A stretch of 62,235 nucleotides of DNA, the filler included, from Nemertoderma westbladi (Eukaryota > Animalia > Xenacoelomorpha), in the NCBI GenBank assembly GCA_032718475.1. It is 3 parts of 3 records of this genome, joined end to end, with 100 filler letters (N's around TTAATTAATTAA, not from the genome) between each part and the next. Parts side by side here need not be neighbours in the genome. Positions count along the whole stretch, not along the records: positions 1 to 20,997 come from JAUCBJ010006200.1; 2 more parts are not named here. One strand, 5' to 3'. Of this stretch, positions 1-13,169 are shown one piece after another. The position numbers were made by a program, and so were the translations under genes. Position 1 is the first letter of the stretch. Each line of letters opens with the position of its first letter. Below the pieces are notes generated by a model. The model was given only the letters and a program-made list of their open reading frames with translations. It was not told the DNA's origin and did not search any database.

Positions 1-317
1 TATGCCTGGCAAACCAACTACAGAGTACTTTAAGGGAAAATAACCGGTTAATGACGCAAAAGCTTTTACAATTGGCCTCATCAAACCTAGATTTAGCAAG
101 GCCCATTTCGACGTTGTGTGCCAAGTAAGTGCCGCCTAAGAACAGTAGCCCTTGTTTTCCCCTTCTGGAATGCTGTTGGATACTTTTTAGCAGATTTTTC
201 CATGGCCTGTTCAATAGTTAATAGGCATTCATCAGCTTTGTCTGGGTCATTAGAATAAAGGCGGGATGGCATATATTTCTCAAGTTCTATGGAGACAACT
301 GCTTTGTAGTTTTTTAA

Positions 318-3143
318 ATACTACTACTACTAGGATCGGCATGCTGCATTGCAGCTGCATTTTTAAGAATGCTGTGCCGGCTTGTCAACAAAATTGCACC
401 GCCACAACTCCCTATCACCCATGACATTTGCTAGATCATCCGCATCTTCAAGGCCAGTGTCCTTTAAGATGCGTCTCAAGAAAGTCATGGGCTGTCCACC
501 ATGCTTATTCACTCCATGAGGCTGCCAAAGTACAAGATTATGCACTGGCTTGTCCTCACGGCGAAAGCAATGTCCTGCAAAGCGGAGGCGATTTTGTTCT
601 AGTGTTAAGCTTTGGGGAACCAATGAGACACCTCCAATGTTATATAGTGTCTGGTTGGAGATGTGTGCATTGTACTTGACACAATGAACCCGGCGTAGCA
701 TTCTTGTAAATGTGCCATCCAGAGATTTGGTGTCCTCAGCAGTTAGAGCCCAGCATGGACTCCCGTAAAGGAGTACTGGAACTACTGCTGCTCTAAATAA
801 TCGGACCTTAAGTTTCCGATTAATTCTCGGTGACTTCCAAATCCTGGAAAGCCTATTCAAGGCTGCCCATGCCTTTCCCTTACGTATTCGAAGGTCCTCA
901 CCTGACTTCCGGATCCATGATCCCAGGTAACAGAAGTCGTCCACATGCTCAAGCATACCATCCTTTGAGCTTATGCTCATCCGATCAGAGACTTGCTGAG
1001 GACTTTCAAAGTTAACTGTCAAAATTTTGGTCTTTCTGGAGTTAATAAAAAGACCAACACTAGAAGCAGCATGTTCTAATGAGCTGAGGAGCCGTTGGGC
1101 TCCCTCTAATGATTCTCTGAGTACTCCTAATTCATCAGCAAAGTCTAGATCGGTTAGGTACTTGGCAGGATTTCCTCGACTTCTGGAGCCAGTAGGTGGA
1201 GTTATCATCACCCCATCATCATTATAATGATCTAAGGACATGCGTAGAACATAGTCAACCACAATAATGAACAAGAATGGTGCAAGTGTGTCTCCTTGGA
1301 GGACGCCCCATAACACTTCAAATGGTTCTGTGTCAACAGTAGACACAAATGTTGTCGAACCATCGTATACTGATCTGATTGTTGCAATAATTTCATCAGG
1401 AATCCCATATAATGAAAGTATGCTGAACATACGTGAGCGAGAGACTGAATCAAAGGCCTTGAAGAAGTCAACAAAGATAACAGCCAGACCAAGGGCTCCA
1501 TGGTCCCACGACCTTTACGGAACCCATTCTGATTTCCACGGAGCAGTCTCTCAGTGGGATCCCTGATGCGATTTAATAGAATCCTATTGTATAGCTTTGC
1601 AGCAATCGAGATCAATGGAATTCCCCGAAAAGAACCATAGAGTGTTAGGTTCCCCTTCTTGGGAACTGGCACCAACTTATTTGTTTTCATTTCTTGTGGG
1701 ACTCTTTTTGTTCGGTACATGTCTACTATGATGGGATAGATGAGCTTTAAACACTCAGGTATTTTAAAGACCTCAGGGGGAACACCATCTACTCCACTGG
1801 CACGATTGGTCTTAATGCTCTTTGCAGCAGCCTTCACTTCTGCAAAGGAGATATCGCCAATGGGAATATCTGGGAGTGCAGACTCAGACACTTTTACTTC
1901 TATAAAGTTATCAGGCAATACCCTGTCATTATTGAGGAGCTTTTCAAAGTGGGCTTTCCAACCATTGAGGCGATCGGCTGGTGATTCAGCCTTAACCTTG
2001 GTGGTTGGTTGGCTTTTCCGCCCAGTAAGCAGATTGATCGATTTCCACGCCTGGGATGATTGCCTGCTGTCGTCAGCATCATTGATGGCATCAACCTGTT
2101 GGTTTATTAGCTCCTGTAGATTAACAGAGTACTGCCTGTTCAGGGACCTAGATGCAGCCTTAACTGCATTCTTGGCCGCTGTAGTCTGTTTGAGTCGGGA
2201 CTCTTTCTGCGCCTTATGAAGGTCATTTCGGCACTTCTGAATTTTGTTGTCAGTCCAGGGGGCCCTTTTCCTGTTTCGAGGGTATACAGGAACTGTTTCT
2301 GCAGCTGCTAACTTAACTGCTTCTGTAAAGGCAGTATAGCCCTCACAGTGATCTGCCGCCTCAGAGGCAAGAGCCTCATACCTGTTGCTCAGCTGTAGTG
2401 TGAAGCTGGATCTCACACTTGGCTGTTGCAACAGAGAGGACCAGTCATGCCGTGGCAAGGCAGATTTCGTTGTTCTGCTAGCACGCAGACTAAGTCTTAC
2501 CTTGGCCACAATAAGGCGGTGATCACTGGAGAAGGGTCGAAGTGTAAATGCATTACAGTCTTGTATAGAGCTCCTGTATTTCCTACGAAACAGAATATGG
2601 TCTATCTGGGACTTGTCACCACTGGGTCCACTATGAGTCCATAGCTTTCCAGTTCGCTTCTTGAACTGGGTTCCAGCCGAAAACAATCCATTTCCAGAGA
2701 TAAAATCCTGAAGATGGACAGAATTTCGGTTAACACTATTGCTATAGACCCAGGGCGATGTAGGTGATTGATGCAGACTTGCATTAAAGTCTCCCAGGAA
2801 TGTTAAGAATGCATGCTGATCCACTCCATCAGTTGCTGCTTGTAGATTGTGGTAGAAATTTTCCACCTCCTCTACAGGGGCAACACTAGTTGGAGAGTAG
2901 CACACAATCAGAACCACCTTAGGAAACTTCTTAGCCAGTCTGCCAGAACATGAGAAGTGGCAACGGATGATGCGGTTAGAGATTTGGTCTATTTTGTCCA
3001 ATGCTGCATGTGCAGTTGGATTCATCAATAGACCAATTCCACCATTGCCACTATCATCTGCTGACGCGAGGGCGAGTCGCCAACCGCCCCCCATGTCCTT
3101 AATCAGAACCTCATCAGTCTGTCCAGTCTGCATTCGGTGCTCT
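318..3143 (-). mobile_element. RTE-clade LINE (family A), 5'-truncated, frameshifted APE+RT, (TAG)n tail
   Basis: ORF 1232-3163 has AP-endonuclease motifs (CYSPT, LGDFNA, SQIDHIL, SDH) and RT start (PVPKKG, QNGFRKGRGT). ORF 363-1430 has GVLQGDTLAPFLF, DFAD(E), YLGS and an RTE-type C-terminus (RLRFAGHCFR). (TAG)n tail at 318-333. A deletion near 1490 relative to the 47601 copy breaks the frame. Confidence 0.93.
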
Positions 3144-4444
3144 GGTCTAAAACTAAAGGTCAACTAAAGCCTCTCCCCAAGAAAGGAGACCTCGGCATAC
3201 CAACAAACTATCGTGGGATCTGTCTGCTTGTGGTAGCTGCCAAAATATACAATAAAATGATTCTATATAGGATTAGGCCTCACATAGAGAAACTACTGCG
3301 TAAGAACCAAAACGGATTTCGACCAAGTAGATCAACAATAGCTCAGATACTTGCACTACGTAGACTGATTGAAGGAATTAAGTCAAAGAATCTCCCCGCA
3401 GTCATGACTTTTGTGGACTTCAAGAAGGCATTCGACTCTATCCATAGAGGTAAAGTGCTTGAAATCCTAAGAGCTTATGGAATACCAGAAGTAATTGTTG
3501 CTGGCGTTGGATTGTTATATTGTGACACAGAAGCGCAGGTACTCTCACCAGATGGTGAAACTGAATTTTTCTCAATTCTGGCTGGCGTACTGCAAGGTGA
3601 CACATTAGCACCATTTCTATTTGTAATTGTGCTGGATTACGCAATGGGGACGGCCATAAAGGGTGAAGACCTGGGATTCACACTTCAAGAACGCAGAAGC
3701 AGTAGATATCCGGCAACTACAGTCACAGACACCGACTTTGCGGATGGCATCGCCCTGCTGCACAGCTTCTACTAAATAAAGTGGAGAGGGCTGCTAAGGA
3801 GGTTGGATTGCATATAAATGCTACCAAGACCGAATTCATGACCTTTAATGACAACAACCGTTGATAATAATCAACTAAGGAAGGTCGATGACTTCCAGTA
3901 CCTTTAGCAAAAAAGACATAGAAGTTAGGAAAGCAAAGGCTTGGGTAGCTCTATCAAAAATGGATACCATCTGGAAATCGGATCTCTCCAGGCACCTGAA
4001 GACTAAGTTCCTTTGAGCCACAGTGGAAAGTGTATTTTTATACGGGGGTGAGACCTGGACACTGACTAAATCACTTGAACAACGAATTGATGGTTGCTAC
4101 ACAAGACTACTAAGGGCAGCCCTAAACATCAGCTGGAGACAACACATGACAAACGCCGAGCTTTATGGTACAATACCACCTGTATCAACCACCCTCCGTG
4201 AACGCAGATTAAGATTCAGTGGGCACTGCTGGCGAAATAAAGACGAGGTCATACCAGATCTACTTCTCCGGCAACCAACTCATGGAAAGCGTAGTCGTGG
4301 ACGACCGGCCATAACATATATAGATCAACTTGAAAGGGATACTGAACTTGGGAGAAACGAAATTGCGACAACTATGGAGAATCGGGAAGCCTGGAAGGAT
4401 CTCATTTCCACTGTCCGAGTTCGCTCGACCTAGTAGTAGTAGTA
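3144..4444 (+). mobile_element. RTE-clade LINE (family B), 5'-truncated RT and C-terminus, (TAG)n tail
   Basis: PLPKKGDL, QNGFRPSRST, FVDFKKAFDS, GVLQGDTLAP, DFAD, RLRFSGHCWR. The stop runs straight into TAGTAGTAG at 4431-4444. Frameshifts at 3770-4020. Sequence clearly differs from family A. Confidence 0.92.
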
Positions 4445-4960
4445 ACATAAAATGGAAACTAAATCAGCCATCATAGGCCTACTGTCACGGTTACATCTTT
4501 TAAAATACACAATAATAAAACATTCGATTACTCATACAGAAACTACTGTATAAGTAAACAAAAATACAGCAGTTATTTATAAGAACCAATACTGGTAGAG
4601 GTAGTAGTCCTATTATAAAATGTTTATTTGAAATTCCCCCAAATAGCCCCATGAGGTGTACACCTCGTTTCCATGAGGGTCCATTTTCATTCTTAAAAGT
4701 TGATAACAATGTAAAAAGTTATGAAGTAAAAATGTATGTTTAATGGTATGTACCGGTACATACCTCATAAAAGAAAAATGAAATAAAATTAAAATCAAAA
4801 GTTGAGAAAATGTAAAAGTTCGTAAAACATAGGACGCTAAACGTTCGTAAAACATAGGACGCTAAAAGTTCGTAAAACTATTATTATTAATTAAATGGAT
4901 AATGAATTATTTTTCCTCCGCGCCGAATTGAAAATATAATATAAATATTTATTCAAACAG

Positions 4961-5388
4961 AGGAATGTGAAGCTGACGATCACTGTGGCGCTAATGCCGT
5001 GTGCGATAAGAACGATAAGAATAATGGGACTTCTTGCAAGTGCGTGCATGGATTTGCCTTTGATTGGAATACTCTCGCAGTGAGTAACGGTTACGGTTGT
5101 AAAATCCCCGTTGGAAAGGATGAATGCGGTGCCCGTCGCGAAGACGAGGATGTACTGGATCAGGACCTGGATATAAAACAGAACATGTGCGTCTGTAAAC
5201 GGGGAAGGATCTTGACGTTCAACGAAAATACGTATGAGTACACGTGCGAAGGGGAAGCAATTACGACCACCACCACTAAGGAACCATCGAAGGATGGGAG
5301 TGACGCATCAACCCAGGATGGAGTTGGAGTCCCGGTTGTCAGCTGTCTGGCCCTCCTAGCAGCCATGGCAGTCGCCAAGTATTTATAG
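4961..5388 (+). CDS. Terminal exon of a cysteine-rich EGF/EB-like surface protein with S/T stalk and hydrophobic C-terminus (GPI-signal-like)
   Basis: Acceptor AG at 4959-4960, then in-frame ECEADDHCGANAVCDK...SCKCVHGF...CVCKRG...YTCEG, TTTTT stalk, VGVPVVSCLALLAAMAVAKYL*. AATAAA near 5540. Upstream exons not found. Confidence 0.7.
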
Positions 5389-6060
5389 AAACCAGCGATT
5401 GGTAACTCCACGAGAATAGCGTGCGAGTTGTGTGAAATTCAAACCATATCGATTATATTTGTTGGAAGTCACTTTTTTCATTCAAACTACTTATTAAATT
5501 GACAAAAATTACATTGTTTTTATCACCATAAAAAAGTTTAATAAAATTGATTTATAATGATTTTATTTTTATAAAACAAACATAATTCGTAAATTAAATA
5601 GCTAGTATATTTAATAATTACATCTCGTATATATTTTTCTAAACACGCGATACTGGGTTATTAATCACTCAAAGTGGGTATCGTTTAGTGCAATACCCTC
5701 CTTTCCAATAAGCAACCTAGTAAAAAAAAGGAAAGGTTGAATTCGGTATTATTTCAAAGCTACTTCTAACAAATATAATATCGAGAATGGAGTCAAATCA
5801 TTGCTTATTTGCCATAAATTAAATTATTGCATAGATCCATATTCTTGTGTTTATGGAGACTATTTACTCGGATTCTCTTATTAAATGGATTGTTGTTCTT
5901 TTACTTTTCTGGGCTATAGCTGCACTAGTTTTGTTGTGATTTTTAAATATTTCAGTTCCGCCATACAGAGAATAAATGTTCTGTTAGTCAAAAAGGCGTA
6001 CTATATACTAGGCGAGTAAACTCAAGTAAACTGGGGGCGCTGACTGGGCGACATTTTCTT

Positions 6061-6625
6061 TTAAGGGGTTTAATTTAATCTACACCATTTTGGTCAAAAA
6101 TATGTAAAAAATTTTTTATGATCTATTATAATGCACCATTGAATTGTGTTTCCAAATCTGAAAACCGCTATTTAATAGCTCTTTTAGTTTTTAAGTTATA
6201 ACAATTTCCCTTTAGGGAGACCTATTGAAATTACTATTACTATGTATAATGAAAGCTCGATTATCTCAAAATATTTTTTTTATAAAATTGTCAACTTCAA
6301 AACCCCAACTACTTCTACAATTTTTGAATAATTAGTCTGAAAATTTCTGTGGGTATCTACATAGCCACCCTGCATAAAAGTATCAGACAACTTTTTGAAA
6401 TTTTTTGTTAATAAAATTTAATACTATTTATAATAAACCTAAAAGATTAGCGTAAATTTACAGCGCCACCTAGCGGTGCAGAATTATTTTCACAAAATTT
6501 CGCCTGACCGTTATGTTGCCCCTTCTTTGATCTATCATATAAAAATACTTTCATGTGATTAGATTCAAAACTGTAAAAGCCTTAGGGTTTTAAGCGCAAC
6601 CAAGTTTTTTTTATTGTTAACTAGT
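6061..6625. mobile_element. Probable non-autonomous DNA-transposon remnant
   Basis: Begins TTAA|GGGG; AT-rich and non-coding; contains CGCCACCTAGCGG near 6464. No matching right end found. Confidence 0.3.
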
Positions 6626-7043
6626 ATTAACTAATATTAAAGAGCGAAAAATAAAACTTTTCTAACCTGTCATGTAGATCAACATCAACATTAATCATTA
6701 TTAATATTAATAGTAGATAATCGTAGATCAATAATGTTATTATTAATAATGTTATCTTAGTTTTTCGGTAAAGTTGACAGTAAAGATTACTTCACCACGT
6801 TGGTTTACATAGGAAAGATATGTATAACTCTAAGTCAGAGTTCGCAAACCTGACCTGCGAAATCAGGTGCCTATGTACAACAGACTCGCTATTGTAGAAG
6901 TCACAATACTAGAAGAATTTAAAGCCGTTTATTAAGGTTATTATTGAACAATATTTATCTAATATTTATATAATCTCATCTTTCCTTATTTTACATGTTT
7001 ATCTGGACATTATTCATTGCTTGTGTGTATCTAAGAAAAAAAA

Positions 7044-7144
7044 TGGGATAGGAGTAGCGCCCACCCCTACCCTCGGGTAACAGCTATCGAAAGAGGAGCC
7101 TTCGGGTCGCCTCCGGCTTCGGCCGACTGTTTGCTTTTGCTTTT
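7044..7144 (+). mobile_element. 3' fragment of the SINE family at 11487-12640 (unexpanded form)
   Basis: GGAGTAGCGCCCACCCCTACCCTCGGGTAACAGCTATCGAAAGAGGAGCCTTCGGGTCGCC matches one 36-bp unit plus the array's 3' flank (about 12560-12635). Ends in TTTGC repeats. Confidence 0.8.
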
Positions 7145-7964
7145 GTGTGTATCTAATAATTTATTTTTAAAGTCTTTGGCGATATAAAAAATATTATTAT
7201 ATCAATAACTATAAGGCCAGATCCTATTACTAATGTCTGTAATCTGGTCGGTTACTTACAAATATATTCGGGACAATTCTGCGCTGTTCCAAAAATAGGC
7301 ATTTCGAGTGAAATTTCAATGAAGTAACAAATACAACATTTAAAAGATAATATCCCTCTATCATCCCTTTGTACAATATAATATATTTGATACTTATTAA
7401 TAATTTACTAAGTTTGATAGTGGGTTCGATATTATGCAATATATAATCTTTCTACAAATCCGTTTTATATTTGAGAACAATAATTTGTTTACAATATTAT
7501 TTCAAGAATTGTATACAATTGAAATTCCCAATGTCGGAGAGTTACCGCTCTCCCTCAACTATTGAACCGAGGTTCGAATCCAGCTAAGAGCTGTAAATAT
7601 TTTCACTTATTCATACATAAATAACTGTAATTGTAATTCCCATGTCAATTTAAATAAAATATTCCTTCACATTGGTATATAATTAACCTTTGTGTTGGTT
7701 TGTTAGTCAAATTCGAAAAAACTATAAAGCCATAAGGATTAACTTCCAATGGAAAGAAACATCAACAAATTATTGTTACTCTAATTGTTATCCTCTGAAC
7801 CTTAACTTTACTAAATCTCTATACTTTAATAGGTTGTTATTTATTACTTCTGATATATGAATTTATATTATTCATTAAATAAAATACAAAAATATACAAC
7901 TTCATTAGGCCATTTTTATTTTAGATTGAATTGCATTAGCAATAATATTAGTTTCCGATTTTAT

Positions 7965-10900
7965 CTGAATTGCATTCCACTATAGTTTACTGGTTTATCT
8001 GTTGCATTCCACTATATTTTACTGGTTTATCTGTTGCATTCCACTATAGTTTACTGGTTTATCTGTTGCATTCCACTATAGTTTACTGGTTTATCTGTTG
8101 CATTCCACTATAGTTTACTGGTTTATCTGTTGCATTCCACTATAGTTTACTGATGTATCTGTTGCATTCCACTATAGCTTACTGGTTTATCTATTGCATT
8201 CCACTAGTTTACTGGTTTATCTGTTTCATTCCACTATAGTTTACTGGTTTATCTGTTGCATTCCACTATAGTTTACTGGTTTATCTGTTGCATTCCACTA
8301 TAGTTTACTGGTTTAGCTGTTGCATTGCACTATAGTTTACTGGTATATCTGTTGCATTCCACTATAGTTTACTGGTTTATCTGTTGCATTCCACTATAGT
8401 TTACTGGTTTATCTGTTGCATTCCACTATAGTTTACTGGTTTATCTGTTGCATTCCACTATAGTTTACTGGTTTATCTGTTGCATTCCACTATAGTTTAC
8501 TGGTTTATCTGTTGCATTCCACTATAGTTTACTGGTTTATATGTTGCATTCCACTATAGTTTACTGGTTTATCTGTTGCATTCCACTATAGTTTACTGGT
8601 TTATCTGTTGCATTCCACTATAGTTTACTGGTTTATCTGTTTCCTTCCACTATAGTTTACTGGTTTATCTGTTGCATTCCACTATAGTTTACTGGTTTAT
8701 CTGTTGCATTCCACTATAGTTTACTGGTTTATCTGTTGCATTCCACTATAGTTTACTGGTTTATCTGTTGCATTCCACTATAGATTACTGGTTTATCTGT
8801 TGCATTCCACTATAGTTTACTGGTTTATCTGTTGCATTCCACTATAGTTTACTGGTTTATCTGTTGCATTCCACTATAGTTTACTGGTTTATCTGTTGCA
8901 TTCCACTATAGTTTACTGGTTTATCTGTTTCATTCCACTATAGTTTACTGGTTTATCTGTTGCATTCCACTATAGTTTACTGGTTTATCTGTTGCATTCC
9001 ACTATAGTTTACTGGTTTATCTGTTGCACTCCACTATAGTTTACTGGTTTATCTGTTGCATTCCACTATAGTTTACTGGTTTATCTGTTGCATTCCACTA
9101 TAGTTTACTGGTTTATCTGTTTCATTCCACTATAGTTTACTGGTTTATCTGTTGCATTCCACTATAGTTTACTGGTTTATCTGTTGCATTCCACTATAGT
9201 TTACTGGTTTATCTGTTGCATTCCACTATAGTTTACTGGTTTATCTGTTGCTTTCCACTATAGTTTACTGGTTTATCTGTTGCACTCCACTATAGTTTAC
9301 TGGTTTATCTGTTGCATTCCACTATAGTTTACTGGTTTATCTGTTGCATTCCACTATAGTTTACAGGTTTATCTGTTGCATTCCACTATAGTTTACTGGT
9401 TTATCTGTTTCCTTCCACTATAGTTTACTGGTTTATCTGTTGCATTCCACTATAGTTTACTGGTTTATCTGTTGCATTCCACTATAGTTTACTGGTTTAT
9501 CTGTTGCATTCCACTATAGTTTACTGGTTTATCTGTTGCATTCCACTATAGTTTACTGGTTTATCTGTTGCGTTCCACTATAGTTTACTGGTTTATCTGT
9601 TGCATTCCACTATAGTTTACTGGTTTATCTGTTGCATTCCACTATAGTTTACTGGTTTATCTGTTGCATTCCACTATAGTTTACTGGTTTATCTGTTTCC
9701 TTCCACTATAGTTTACTGGTTTATCTGTTGCATTCCACTATAGTTTACTGGTTTATCTGTTGCATTCCACTATAGTTTACTGGTTTATCTGTTGCGTTCC
9801 ACTATAGTTTACTGGTTTATCTGTTGCATTCCACTATAGTTTACTGGTTTATCTGTTGCATTCCACTATAGTTTACTGGTTTATCTGTTTCATTCCACTA
9901 TAGTTTACTGGTTTATCTGTTGCACTCCACTATAGTTTACTGGTTTATCTGTTGCATTCCACTATAGTTTACTGGTTTATCTGTTGCATTCCACTATAGT
10001 TTACTGGTTTATCTGTTGCACTCCACTATAGTTTACTGGTTTATCTGTTGCATTCCACTATAGTTTACTGGTTTATCTGTTGCATTCCACTATAGTTTAC
10101 TGGTTTATCTGTTGCATTCCACTATAGTTTACTGGTTTATCTGTTGCATTCCACTATAGTTTACTGGTTTATCTGTTGCATTCCACTATAGTTCACTAGT
10201 TTATCTGTTGCATGCCACTATAGTTTACTGGTTTATCTGTTTCATTCCACTATAGTTTACTGGTTTATCTGTTGCATTCCACTATAGTTTACTGGTTTAT
10301 CTGTTGCATTCCACTATAGTTTACTGGTTTATCTGTTTCATTCCACTATAGATTACTGGTTTATCTGTTGCATTCCACTATAGTTTACTCGTTTATCTGT
10401 TGCATTCCACTATAGTTTACTGGTTTATCTGTTGCATTCCACTATAGTTTACTGGTTTATCTGTTGCATTCCACTATAGTTTACTGGTTTATCTGTTGCA
10501 TTCCACTATAGTTTACTGGTTTATCTGTTGCATTCCACTATAGTTTACTGGTTTATCTGTTGCATTCCACTATAGTTTACTGGTTTATCTGTTGCATTCC
10601 ACTATAGTTTACTGGTTTATCTGTTTCATTCCACTATAGTTTACTGGTTTATCTGTTGCACTCCACTATAGTTTACTGGTTTATCTGTTGCATTCCACTA
10701 TAGTTTACTGGTTTATCTGTTGCATTCCACTATAGTTTACTGGTTTATCTGTTGCATTTCACTATAGTTTACTGGTTTATCTGTTTCATTCCACTATAGT
10801 TTACTGGTTTATCTGTTGCATTCCACTATAGTTTACTGGTTTATCTGTTGCATTCCACTATAGTTTACTGGTTTATCTGTTGCATTCCACTATAGTTTAC

Positions 10901-11200
10901 TGGTTTATCTGTTGCATTCCACTATAGTTTACTGGTTTATCTGTTGCATTCCACTATAGTTTACTGGTTTATCTGTTGCATTCCACTATAGTTTACTACT
11001 GGTTTATCTGTTGCATTCCACTATAGTTTACTGGTTTATCTGTTGCATTCCACTATAGTTTACTGGTTTATCTGTTGCATTCCACTATAGTTTACTGGTT
11101 TATCTGTTGCATTCCACTATAGTTTACTGGTTTATCTGTTGCATTCCACTATAGTTTACTGGTTTAGCTGTTGCATTGCACTATAGTTTACTGGTATATC
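7965..11200. repeat. 32-bp minisatellite, about 100 copies (TTCCACTATAGTTTACTGGTTTATCTGTTGCA)
   Basis: Direct head-to-tail repeats with sparse point variants and no spacers. Confidence 0.98.
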
Positions 11201-11486
11201 TGGGTTCTCTGTATCTGATGATATCTGATATTCTGGTTAACCGGTTCGGTTAAGTGTTTAGTTAAATTACCTACATTGTCTGCTATTATACTGGCTGTTT
11301 ATGCTTTTTAATGTCATCCTTTTTTTCCATATTCGCCATATATTTTCGCGCCTTCCTCTAATGCGTGATTATCTATTAGACCCAAAATAATTTTATAACA
11401 ACAGAGTTTCTCCAAACTTTGGTTTACATAGCAACGGCGACTTAATTAATTTAATCTGGTTAAATTTTTACAGACTCATAAAATTA

Positions 11487-12640
11487 GGCGTAGGTAGCTC
11501 AGTTAGTTGAGCGCCGGGGTTACAATCGATGGGTTGTAGGTTCCAAACCCACCAGGGTCCACTCAGCTTTTCATCCACTGGGGGTGATACAATGAGTACG
11601 AGTTAAATTACTGGGAACAAAACTATGGATACGAGTAGCGCCCACCCCCTACCAGGAGTAGCGCCCACCCCTACCTTCGGGTAGCAGATAGGAGTAGCGC
11701 CCACCCCTACCTTAGGGCTGTAGATAGGAGTAGCGCTCACCCATACCTTCGGGTAGCAGTTAGGAGTAGCGCCCACCACTACCTTCGGGTAGCAGATAGG
11801 AGTAGCGCCCACCCCTACCTTCGGGTAGCAGATAGGAGAGGCGCCCACCCCTACCTTCGGGTAGCAGATAGGAGTAGCGCCCACCCCTACCTTCGGGTAG
11901 CAGATAGGAGTAGCGCCCACCCCTACCTTCGGGTAGCAGATAGGAGTAGCGCCCACCCCTACCTTCGGGTAGCAGATAGGAGTAGCGCCCACCCCTACCT
12001 TCGGGTAGCAGATAGGAGTAGCGCCCACCCCTACCTTCGGGTAGCAGATAGGAGTAGCGCCCACCCCTACCTTCGGGTAGCAGATAGGAGTAGCGCCCAC
12101 CCCTACTTTCGGGTAGCAGATAGGAGTAGCGCCCCGCCCACCCCTACTTTCGGGTAGCAGATAGGAATAGCGCCCACCCCTACCTTCGGGTAGCAGATAG
12201 GAGTAGCGCCCACCCCTACCCTCGGGTAGCAGATAGGAGTAGCATTCACCCCTACCTTCGGGTAGCAGATAGGAGTAGCGCCCACCATTACATTCGGGTA
12301 GCAGATAGGAGTAGCGCCCACCCCTACCTTGGGGTTGCAGATAGGAGTAGCGCCCACCCCTACCTTCGGGTAGCAGATAGGAGTAGCGCAGAACCCTACC
12401 TTCGGGTAGCAGATAGGAGTAGCGCCCACCCCTACCTTCGGGTAGCAGATAGGAGTAGCGCCCACCCATACCTTCGGGTAGCAGATAGGAGTAGCGCCCA
12501 CCTCTACCTTCGGGTAGCAGATAGGAGTAGCGCCCACCCATACCTTCGGGTAGCAGATAGGAGTAGCGCCCACCCCTACTTTCGGGTAGCAGCTATTAAA
12601 AGAGGAGCCTTGGAGTCGCCTTCGGCTTCAGCTAACTTTT
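11487..12640 (+). mobile_element. tRNA-derived SINE with a conserved-type central domain and internal tandem expansion
   Basis: tRNA-like head with A box (TAGCTCAGT) and degenerate B box (GGTTCCAAACCC). Central ACTCAGCTTTTCATCC...AATGAGTAC resembles the Meta/Sauria-SINE central domain (from memory). Tail shared with 7044-7144. Confidence 0.75.
11631..12591 (+). repeat. 36-bp minisatellite inside the SINE, about 26 copies (GGAGTAGCGCCCACCCCTACCTTCGGGTAGCAGATA)
   Basis: Direct tandem repeats; the minus-strand ORFs here simply read through the repeat. Confidence 0.97.
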
Positions 12641-13169
12641 GTAAAAAGATTATGTGACATGTTGTAAATAATTAGCTTTAATAAGTAAATCTTGACAATA
12701 CGATACAGGCAAGTAGAACACAAGTAAATATTGTAACACAACAACTGAAAAAAAACCTATAACAGTAAACAGTAACAATTAATTAATTAATTAATATTAA
12801 TAATAATAAAATGCCATTGAAACATAATAATTTTAACATTTATAACACCATATTTTGTACCGAGACAAACTGCTCTTAAACTGAAACTAATTGCACCAAG
12901 TATAAACCCATAACCAGTAATTAAAACCTAAACTCTTCACTCCCAAAACGACATTAAAACACAAAAAATTATTGTGCAAGATTCGGCGGGTTAATAATAA
13001 TTCAAACTAATTAGCGATAATTAATTAAACATCAATTATAAAATAAATGCAAATAAAACAACAATATACAATCTGCATCATTAAACTGAAACAAACAATG
13101 GTTATTCAAGTGACAGATCAGAGGCAATAAGGTTAAATAGATTGTGCATTGAACTGATAAATATATTAA

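Noticed and set aside
1-317. Short minus-strand open frame (YLKNYKAVV...) resembling a LINE inter-domain linker
   Set aside because: No diagnostic motif, interrupted by a stop, and cut by the window edge.
6460-6480. CTCF-like motif CGCCACCTAGCGG
   Set aside because: A single match inside a probable transposon remnant; function cannot be supported from sequence alone.
7530-7592. tRNA-like B box GGTTCGAATCC
   Set aside because: No complete cloverleaf; at most a SINE relic. No bona fide tRNA gene is called anywhere in the window.
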